Position numbers and translations under genes: made by a program. Below are positions 18,383 to 29,300 of a DNA stretch of 64,000 nucleotides, piece after piece. The notes under the pieces are model-generated. The model was given only the letters and a program-made list of their open reading frames with translations. It made no database searches and was not told the DNA's origin. This DNA is from a virus: the IMG/VR virus record IMGVR_UViG_3300021375_001810; one strand, 5' to 3'. Numbering within the stretch: position 1 is the first letter of the stretch; each line of letters starts with the position of its first letter.

Positions 18383-19486
18383 ATGGCAAAGACAGTTTTT
18401 AATCAAGACAAGGTGGACTTCACCAAACAGAACATGTTCTTCGGAGCAGATCAAAATACACAGCGTTACGATACATTTCGTTTCCCTGTGTTTGACAAAC
18501 TTAATCAAACAATGCTTGGTTACTTTTGGCGACCAGAAGAAGTTAGTCTACAAAAAGACAGAGCTGACTTTGCAAACTTCCGCCCTGAGCAGAAGCATAT
18601 CTTTACAAGTAACTTAAAGTATCAAACTCTACTTGATAGTGTACAAGGACGTGGTCCATGTTTAGCATTTTTGCCGCATGTATCATTGCCTGAACTAGAA
18701 GGTTGTATTGTTACTTGGGATTTCTTTGAAACAATTCACTCACGTTCTTATACACACATTATGAAAAATGTGTACGCCGATCCTGCAGAAGTATTTGACA
18801 CTATCTTAGATGATAAAGAAATTATCAAACGTGCAACAGCCGTTACTAAGAACTATGATGCATTTACTGGAGCTGCTGATGCGTTTATCCATCGTAAAGA
18901 AGGCAACATGCGTGATGTGAAAAAGAAACTGTATCTTGCAATGATGAATGTAAACATTCTTGAAGGGTTACGTTTCTATGTGTCATTTGCTTGCACCTTT
19001 GGTTTTGGTGAACTAAAACTAATGGAAGGTAGTGCTAAGATTATTAGTCTTATCGCTAGAGATGAAGCACAGCATTTGGCACTTAGTACTCACGTTCTTA
19101 AACTTTGGGCTCAAGGCAAAGACGATCCAGAAATGAAGAAGATTGCTAAAGAGTGTGAAGAAGAAGTATATGATATGTGGCGCGAATGTGTTGCAGAAGA
19201 AAAGGCATGGGCTGAGTACTTGTTTAAAGATGGTTCTATGATTGGTTTGAATGCAGCTTTACTAAACCAATACGTTGAATACATTGCTAACCGTAGGCTA
19301 AAAGCATTAGGATATAATGCTATCTTTGATGCGCCTATTAATACTAACCCGCTACCGTGGACACAACACTGGCTATCCAGTTCAGGTCTGCAAGTTGCTC
19401 CGCAAGAAACAGAAGTTGAAAGTTATATCATTGGTGGCATTAAACAAGATGTCGATACAGACAGTCTTAAAGGATTTTCATTATGA
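18383..19486 (+). CDS. nrdB: ribonucleotide reductase beta subunit
   Basis: FWRPEE, LLDSVQ, ETIHSRSY, EGLRFY, DEAQH, APQETE motifs. Confidence 0.97.
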   Translation: MAKTVFNQDKVDFTKQNMFFGADQNTQRYDTFRFPVFDKLNQTMLGYFWRPEEVSLQKDRADFANFRPEQKHIFTSNLKYQTLLDSVQGRGPCLAFLPHVSLPELEGCIVTWDFFETIHSRSYTHIMKNVYADPAEVFDTILDDKEIIKRATAVTKNYDAFTGAADAFIHRKEGNMRDVKKKLYLAMMNVNILEGLRFYVSFACTFGFGELKLMEGSAKIISLIARDEAQHLALSTHVLKLWAQGKDDPEMKKIAKECEEEVYDMWRECVAEEKAWAEYLFKDGSMIGLNAALLNQYVEYIANRRLKALGYNAIFDAPINTNPLPWTQHWLSSSGLQVAPQETEVESYIIGGIKQDVDTDSLKGFSL

Positions 19487-19734
19487 TAACAATATACGGC
19501 AAGCCAGCTTGCCCTAGTTGCACAAAAGCAAAAGCATTTTGCGAGTCAAGAGGATACGAGTTTGAATACAAACAACTTGATCAAGACTTTACAAGAGAAG
19601 AATTATTTGAAACATTTCCAACAGCCAGAACCTTTCCACAAATCATCGTTGGATTAGAAAAGGTAGGCGGCTACGAAAACATGTTGGAGTATATTGATAA
19701 CACAGGATACAACGGAACAGGACACACACTATAA
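19483..19734 (+). CDS. glutaredoxin
   Basis: CPSC, TFPQI, VGGY; coupled to nrdB. Confidence 0.93.
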   Translation: MITIYGKPACPSCTKAKAFCESRGYEFEYKQLDQDFTREELFETFPTARTFPQIIVGLEKVGGYENMLEYIDNTGYNGTGHTL

Positions 19735-20021
19735 TGTTAATAGAAACTAGTTATAAAATTGGTGATACAGTCTCTTTTAAACTTACATCTGGTGAAGAAC
19801 TAGTTGCAAGGCTTGATAAAGAAGACGAATCCACTTATACTATACATAAACCAATGGTATTAGTTGCCGGCGAGAAGGGTTTAGGCCTTGCTCCGTTTAT
19901 GTTTAGTGTATCACAAGACGGCAAATTTGTATTAAATCTAACTGCCGTAGCATGTATTGCTAAAACTGCAAAAGAATTAGCAGATCAATACACAACTCAG
20001 ACAACAGGTATACAACTTTAA
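19734..20021 (+). CDS. Sm-like-fold hypothetical protein
   Basis: FKLTSGEELVA...PF pattern. Confidence 0.7.
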   Translation: MLIETSYKIGDTVSFKLTSGEELVARLDKEDESTYTIHKPMVLVAGEKGLGLAPFMFSVSQDGKFVLNLTAVACIAKTAKELADQYTTQTTGIQL

Positions 20022-20063
20022 AACAGCTCTCGTCTAAAAGTAATAAATATACAAAAGGATAGT

Positions 20064-20309
20064 ATGTTTATGGCTATAAGACGAGGAGCACCGTTTGATG
20101 AGAATAACTTTTTTAATATCCCACCAATAGACGGCGGCGAGATTAATCAGTCCTCATACGTTGCTGTTAAAATATCAAACATCGAAGGTGGAGCAATAAC
20201 TGCTCAGGTATCGTCATATTTTGACGGTGGCAATATACCACTAGCTGGCACAGCCTCATACGATCCTAATGTTGTATACGGACCTAACAGTCCATTAATT
20301 GGAGATTAA
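20064..20309 (+). CDS. hypothetical late protein
   Basis: Late promoter 20044; precedes giant structural gene. Confidence 0.65.
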   Translation: MFMAIRRGAPFDENNFFNIPPIDGGEINQSSYVAVKISNIEGGAITAQVSSYFDGGNIPLAGTASYDPNVVYGPNSPLIGD

Positions 20310-20312
20310 TCA

Positions 20313-23300
20313 ATGCCAGCTGAAAATGGTAGTATTCTTGTAAGACGCGGACCTACAACTGACAGAGAAGTGTTTACACCGTTAAGTGGTGAAATAATAT
20401 ATGACACTACTACTGGACAGTTACATGTAGGTGACGCAGCAACAGCCGGCGGCAAAACAGTATTTGGTGATAAAGTTAAAGTTGATAGTGATGGCAACTT
20501 ATCAGAAATATATATGCGAGGTGAAGAGCCTAGACCTGCACCAGTTGAAGGATTATTTCGTTACAATGCTAACACACAAAGTTTAGAATACTCCGATGGT
20601 AATACATTTTATCAAGTAGCATCGAGTCCTTTTACAGGCTCGTCAAACGTACTATATGTTTCAACAAATGGTAAGGACGATAACACATACGGTTCTAAGA
20701 GAGGACGTACTCCGGGTACAGCATTTAGAACACTAAACGCTGCTTGTAGAGAAGCTGACCGTGTTATGGAGAAAGCCGCTAAAGGCCTAGGCCCATATCA
20801 AAAATGGATTACATATACTAACGCATCTAACGCACAAGTTAGATCAACAGTAGCATCTATTAGCGACAATACTCCTTACAAGAACATTGAAATGTCTAAA
20901 GAGACATACGAACTAGATGCCACAACTGAGATAAGAAGTGGTATGCGTATTGTTGGCCAAAACAGTGGCGCAATTGGTTTAATAGAAGAATATACAAAAA
21001 ACGTAGGTAGTACATCAGATACACTAGTTATTGATGTTGAAAGCGGTGAGTTTGTACAAGGCGAACAAATTAAGTTTGGTAATGCTATTCCAAGTTTACC
21101 ATATCAAACTTATAATTCAGGAGCAACTGAATCTCCTGAAATAACTATTAGACTTGAAACAGGTATTTACTACGAACACTTTCCAATCAAAGTTCCAAAC
21201 AATGTTTCTATTAAAGGTGATGAATTTAGAAGAAGTATTATTCGACCAAGACCTGGACCAAGTGCAAGTCCGTATTCAGAGATAAGATTTAAACGTAATG
21301 CTGATAAACTTGAACTTGACCCAAATGTTGTCGGCGAACGTCCGTTTGGTGCTCACTACTTAACTGACCGTGCTAACTTAATATATAGTTTTGTTGCCAA
21401 TCCAGGTGCATACACTGACGACTATAATACATTGTTTGCTAGTAAGGTAACACTTCAAGATGCTGTAATTACTTTTATAACAAGTACATATCCTAGTTTA
21501 ACATATGATGTAGATAAGTGTAAACGTGATGTTGGCTATATTGTTGATGCTCTTTCAATAGACTTACGAGATGGTGGCAGATTAGAAACACTAAACAATG
21601 CATTAATGTATCAAGGTCAACTACCAGCAGACCAAGTAACAGAAACTGCTGCGGCGCTTGATTATCTTGCAACACAGATAGCACCTTTACTAACAACAGA
21701 TGCACAAGTAATATCAAATAGTTTTATAGGCGGCATTGCAAATATTATACGTGGTACAGGATTTAATGCTCCTAAAGAAAACGATACACTTGATGTATTT
21801 TTAATGAATGATGCTACTATTATTAGAAACCTATCTGTTCAAGGACATGGCGGATTTATGGAAGTGCTTGACCCAGAAGGTCAGATACTTACTAAATCAC
21901 CTTATACACAAACTTGTTCAAGTTTTAGTAAATCACTAGCACCTAAAGTAAGTTTTGCAGGTGGTATGTTTGTTGACGGGTTCTGTGGTAACCAAGATGC
22001 TAGAATTGTACAAGCAAACAGTACAACTGAAATTGTTATTGATAACATTTACAGAGAACCACAAACTCCGACAAGTTTCTTTATTGATGGTGTTAGATGG
22101 CAAATTAACAAAGTAGACAAAGTTGGAGTTGCTGCAGATCAATGGCGTTGCGTGTTGTCAGCAGATACTCCATGGACTGACGCACACTATGTAGTTATTA
22201 ACCCAGGGCAAACTTTACCAGCACTTCCGTATAACATAGAAGTATTAACAGCAGGTAATATATCCATGCTGTCAAATGACTTTACACAGGTTAACGATTT
22301 GGGTTATGGACTGTATACTACAAACGGTTCACGTGCAGAAGCTGTTAGTGTATTCTGTTATTACTGTCACGTAAGTTACCTTGCAGAAAACGGTTCGGAT
22401 ATTAGATCACTTAACGGCTCAACAGCATACGGTGACTATGCATTATTAGCAAGAGGTAGTGATCCTCTAGAAGTTAGTGACGATGTAGTACTAGCTGATG
22501 ATATGATTCAAACTGGTACAGCAATGACTGATGCTACCTACACAAATATACAAGGCGGCACAGTTATATATGTTGACAATCTTTCATATGCACCGTATAA
22601 CATTAGTGAAGTTGATGTTGATCATGGTGGAGCAAATAACGTATTAGGCGATCCAACTTATCTTACTAGATATGAAGTTATTAGTGTTAGTGCTGTTGAA
22701 TCAACTTCACCTCAATTATATCAACTTAATATTTCAGCAGGAGAAGCAAGTAACCCTGGTGTTCAAGTTACTATACCAGACGGAACTCCTGTAGTTTTAC
22801 GTAACAACCAAGTAATTAAGTATGATGACATATTAGATATTAACCCTACTAGACCAAGTACAGCATTACAGTATGACGATGATCCAGATAAAGTATATCG
22901 TGTACTAGCATATGATGTTGCCGGCTTGCCTGATAACGTAGCAAGGATTACATTGCGTGAATCGTATGATTATATTAAATTAGTAGTCGACGATACAGCA
23001 GGTAGTACATCTGGAACAGGACAAGTAGGCGATACAACTATCAGACTTGATACTGATTTAGATCCAAACGAAACAACAAGAGTTAATCTTGGTATTACAA
23101 CTGGACCTAAATACATCTTTGGATTTAATGATACTATACACCAAGTAACAGCATACAGAGATAAAGCCACAACAGGACAAACATATGCTGAAATAGATAT
23201 TACTCCAGCTCTTACTAAATCACTCGGCGGCTATCCAGATAAACCTACACTACGAGCAGGATTACCAGCTGGCGGACAAGCAGACATTACAGTAGGTATT

Positions 23301-26300
23301 AGTACACTTAGAGTTACAGGACATGATTTACTTGACATTGGTACAGGAAGTTATCAAACATCAAGTTACCCAAGAGAAATTTATGGTAAGCCAGAGATTG
23401 CTGCTAACCAAGCAAGGGAAGTAGTAGAAGAAGGTAAAGGGCGTGTGTTCTTTGTAACAACTGACCAAGACGGTAACTTTAGAGTTGGTGACTATTTTAA
23501 AGTTGACCAGGGAACAGGTACAGTTACTTTTGCCGCAAGTATTGCTCTTTCAAACTTAGACGGTATTGGATTTAAACGTGGTGTTGCCGTAAGTGAATTC
23601 AGTACAGACGACGGCATGACTGATAATGCAACTGACACTGTGCCAGTAGAAAGTGCTGTAAGAAATTATGTAAATCGTAGACTAGGGCTTAACCATGCAG
23701 GTGCAAGTGTACCAGGAATTATAGGACCGGGCTTCTTAGATCTAAATGGTTCTAATGCTATGGCTGGCAACTTAGACATGGACAGCAATAACATTGATAA
23801 TATCAGTGTGCTAACAGTAGCAACTCTTGATGCTACAACAAGATTAAGTGTTCCGTCAGCGGGAACAGTAGTAGGCGGAAATGTTGGTGATATAAAATAC
23901 AATACTGACACACAAAGATTTGAAGGTTACTTATCATCCAATCAATGGGGCTCATTAGGTGGAGTAAGTGATGTCGACGGTGACACTTATGTACAAGGCG
24001 AAACAACTCCAGGTAATGACAATGATGATTTAGATTTTTATACAGCAGGAACACAAAGATTACAAATTGACGAAACTGGTGATTTTAAATTTGGTGACGG
24101 ACTAAACAAAGTTACTATGGACTTTGCAACAGGTAATATCGTAACGCCTGGAGACATAGACGTTGCTACACTTGATGTAGGAACATCAGCAGAAATTGCA
24201 ACACTAAAAGTTGAGGACTTAACTGCAGGGCGAGTATTACTAGCAGGCACTAACGGAGAGATAGAAGATAGTGCAAACTTAACATTCAACGGGACCAAAC
24301 TAACAGTTGACGGCAATGCTGAGATTACTGGTAATGTAGTTATTGGTGGAAACATTACAATTGGTGATGCAGATACAGATTCAATTATAGTATCAGCAGA
24401 CTTTGAAGGCAATCTTATACCTGATACAGACGATTTATATGACCTAGGTACAAATACAAAACGTTGGAGTGAGCTGTTCCTAAATGACAAGTTAACTTTA
24501 AACGATTATATATTACCTTTACAAGACGGAACTAAAGGACAACTAGTAAGTACAGACGGACTAGGACAACTAGGATTTAGTGACAGTGATATCTTTGGTG
24601 GTAAAAGAGTTTATGTAAGTGCTGAAAAAGGTAATGATACAAATGACGGTGTAACAGCACCTGTAGCAACTATCAAACGTGCTATGCAAATTGCATCAGG
24701 CATGGTATACAATGTATCTAAAGATGTTGTAGACAGAGCTACAGTAATGGTTGCAACAGGCGAGTACATACTTGATAACCCTGTAATTATTCCAGACAAT
24801 GTTTCAATTGTAGGCGACAGTATTAGAACTGTAATTTTAAGACCAGCAAATGAAAACGAAGACATGTTTAGAGTGCGTAACGCTTCTTACATGTTTAACA
24901 TGACATTTAGAGATGCACTATCAGGAACTGTACCTATAGCAGCATTTAGATTTGCTGTAGCATTTGATAATCCAAATGATTCTGCTACAAGTAGAGCAGG
25001 ATACACAAACCTGCCTAACACACGAGTGTTAATAACTACTTCACCATATTTACAAAACTGTTCAGTAATCAGCTTCTTAGGTGCTAATGGTGTTGAAATA
25101 GACGGAGACCTTGTTGTTACTCCTAACACACCGGGTAATGCTATTGAAGCAGAGAATCCTGTAACACCAGAAGATGGACAGCCTGAACAAGGTAAGAGTA
25201 TGGTTGCTAATGCATTTACTATTCTATCCTTTGGAGGTGTAGCATGGCGTGTAATGAACGATGCATATGCACAGTTGGTTAGTTGTTTTGTTATTTTTGC
25301 AGAACAAGGGTGTTTAACACAGAACGGTGGTTATCTATCTATTACAAACTCAGCAACAAACTTTGGTTACTTTGCATTAAGGTCAACAGGTTATTCGCCA
25401 AGGGTATTTGACACTGACAAAGGTATTATTGGTAACGTTGGTGTTGTAGACAATGTACAAAATGTTAACATTGTAGGACTTCAACGTGATACTGTAAACC
25501 AATATGTAATGCGAGTAATGAACCTAGCAAGCCAAGACGTTACTAATACATTTAATAATGATACAGCAAGAGGGGTAACAGTATCGTTTACAGCAGGCAA
25601 TGCATCGGGTAATAGTATTGCTACAACTGGCAGTCATGGATTATCTACAGGTGATCTAGTACAATATAATAAAAATGGTAATTTAGAAATAGTAGGATTA
25701 CTTAACGAAGCAACTTACTATGTTTCTGTTGTCAATACAACTTCGCTACAATTATTCCATGATGCTGATCTAACTAAACCTGTTACGGGTGTTAATGGTG
25801 GATCAAGCACAGGAACTCATCAACTGTTACATGACTTTGAAGAAATATTCATTGACGAAGTTTTATCAAGCCATAATAACTACCAAGATGTTTATTTGCC
25901 AGCAGGTTCTTATACTGTTACTAAAGGAGCATTGATATCAGCAACATCAGGTAGTGATAATATTAGTGCAACTGTTGTAAACTTTGATAACAATATAATA
26001 ACAGTTTCAGTTGAAAAAGTACAAGAAGGTAGTGTTTCAGTAACTAACTTCTTTAGTACAGGTGCTGTTATAAATGCAGGAGAAATTAGTGTTAGTTCTG
26101 TAACAGTTAGCAATGTAGTTAATAGAACAGATTTAATTACAATTAATGCTGCTGTTAAGACTACTAAAAACAGACAAGTACAAAGTTTTGGTTTACTACA
26201 AGGTAATCAAGCATGGTTACATCGTCCAAGTATTACAAACTCATCAGCACACACTTGGGAATATAGCGGTAGTGGTGTTGACTATAATGCGTTACCAGAG

Positions 26301-29300
26301 AATGGTGGCGTAGGTGTTGACACATTTGAACAATACAGCGACTTGCCGGGTAGAGTATATACTTCAGGTACTAATGAACTTGGTGACTTTAAGATCGGTG
26401 ACTTTATTGTAGCATTTAACAGAACTGGTAATATCATATTTAGAAACCAAGTTAGTATTGGTGAATTAGACAGTTTGGCACTTAGCCTAAGTGGCGGTGT
26501 AAGAGTTACAGCAATTAGTAATGATCCAGACCTTGGCGACAATGATGTTGATGGAGCATTAGATTCAAGACTTGTAACACAGTTAGCAGTCAAATCGTTT
26601 ATGAACGATAGACTAGGAAACTTCATTGACAGAAATGTAAGTACTAATGCTGTACCAAGTGCCGTTGTTCAACTTAACAGTCAAGGTTTAATTAATCAAG
26701 ATCTTATTCCTCCAACAGGAGCATTTGAAAGTTTCACTGTAGACGAATACGGCGGACGATTAACTGTATCACAGGATATACCTGCTCCAAATATTAGTGC
26801 AGGTGATATTGTTGTAGAAACTTACCCTGAAATTGTGTTAAACCTAACAGGTGCTGTAACTGTTACAGCAGGCGACACTATTACACAGGCAACATCAGGC
26901 GCAACTGGTATTGTAAAAGAAAGTGGTACAACATCAACTCTTAAATTAGTAAACACAATTACAGGAACGTTTAATACAACAGACACTCTTAGTAGTAGCG
27001 GAACAGGAAATTTAGGTGCAAGTAGTGTACCTACTATTGTTTCACCAGTAAACTCAATTAATGATAACTACTTCTTAAAAACAGACAAAATAAGTCAGTT
27101 CCTAGTATTACAAGATGGTGGCACACCAAGTTTTACAACTATAATTTCTAACAGCACACCAATTCAAGGTGCAACAAGTAAAGCGGTAGCAACTGTAACT
27201 AGCCATGTTGTTGGTGTTCTTAATGCTGTTGATGTAGCAACGTTACCAGGAGGCAGTGGATATACTACACCAGGTACATATGAAAATGTAAGCATACAAG
27301 GCGGAAATGGTTCTGGTGCAAAAGCAAATATCATTGTTGGAGCAACTGGAACAATTACTAGTTTTGATGTTACAGTAGGCGGGTCGTTCTATACTGAATC
27401 TGATAACGTTACAATTAATGATGCAGATGTAGGTGGTCGTTCAGGTGGTAGTCCAATAAGCATTGGTGTAACTGATATACAAAATAGATTATATGTTGAT
27501 CTAAATGCAGATACAGGATTACAATTTACAGCAAGTAATATAAATTTAGACTTTATAGTTGATGACAATCCTCCAACAGATACACTAGCACAGCAAGGAC
27601 AGTCAATTAAAGCATTCGTAGCCACAAGTACAGGCAGTGGCGGAGATGTTGATGTTATTAATGACAAAATTGTTTTCCAATCAGCACACGGATTACAAAA
27701 CGGAGATCCGTTGTATTATGATAGTAATGCAAATACACCATTAGGTGGTCTTCTCAACAATACTACATACTATGCAAAAGTTCTTACAACTACAGAAATT
27801 GAACTTTTTGCAAATTACGGTTTAACAGCCGCTGGGAAAGTAGACATAACATCATCAAGTAGCGGAACACACAACTTTAAAGTGTTCAATGTTAATCAAT
27901 ATGCTAATACTTTCTTCGTACCAATCCATGGGCTATCCACTGGAGATGCGATCAAGTTTGAATCATCATCTCCACCTACTGGGGTCGACAGCGGCGACTT
28001 TTTCTTTGTTGGATCTGTAACACTAAACAGTTTTACACTACACGAAGCAAGAGGTGCGGCACTAGACAGTGTTGCTGGATTGACAGTATCGCCTGTTAAT
28101 ATAACTAGCCAAGGCGGCGCTGTAAATGCAACACTAACAGAACAAAATGTTATCATAGTAGACGATGTTAATACTAGTGGCGACTTAGAATCAAGTTGGA
28201 GTAGTTTAAGTACAACAACTATTGATGCAGGAAATATTATTAGTGGTGTAGTAGATACATCTAGACTTGCCAGTGGAAATGCAAACGACAAATCATTCTT
28301 AAGAGGAGATCAAACTTGGGCAACGGCTGTACAGTCTATTACAAATACTACAGCAGGCGATCCAATAACCTTAACAAGTGCAGATGTTAACGGGGATAAT
28401 TTTTATAACAATGTAGACATTAAGATTGAAAAAGCAAGTTATACTAACCCAGCAGCACCAAGTGTAGGAACAGAAACATTAGGTGTTGCCAGTTACCACT
28501 TTGATCACTTTGAAATTGACGCTAATGGACGAGTAACTACTAAGGCATCAGGCAACGGTGGTGTTATTGATGCTGATAAACTTGATAATCAAACAGGTGC
28601 TTATTACTTAAACCCAGTTAACTTATCAAGAGGAGTTCCAATACAACGAGGCGGAACTAATTTAATCAATTATGCACAAGGTGATTTATTATATGCTGGT
28701 TCAGTACTAGGAGGCGCACCAGCAGACTATAATGAGACACTAACAAAATTAACCATTGGTAGTGCTAGAAATGTACTACAAGTTAAAGCAGACGGAACAG
28801 CACCTCAATGGACAAACGCCTTAAGTATTGCAACTCTTGAAACAAGTAGTAATGTAACTATTGGTGGTGACTTAACTGTTAATGGTACAACAACAACTGT
28901 TAATACAGAAACAATTAACCTTGCTGATAATATTATTTTACTTAATAGTAATCTTGCAGGTAACGTTGCACCAACACAAAATTCAGGTATTGAAATTGAA
29001 AGAGGTAATGCTGCTAACAAAACATTAATTTGGAATGAAGGCGATGATGTATGGACAGTTGGCGCTGAGAAATTTACAGCAGGAACACTTGAAGGAAATC
29101 TAGACTGGTCATACTTGCAGAATGTAGTAGACCCTGTAGTTACAGTAACACTAACAGGTGACGTAACGGGTACAGGCACAGCAACAATGACCAACTTAGG
29201 TAGTGCAACAGCAAGTTTTGCAACTACTATTACAGCCAATAGTGTTGCACTCGGTACAGACACAAGTGGTCAGTATGCATCAACAATTACAGCAGGTGAC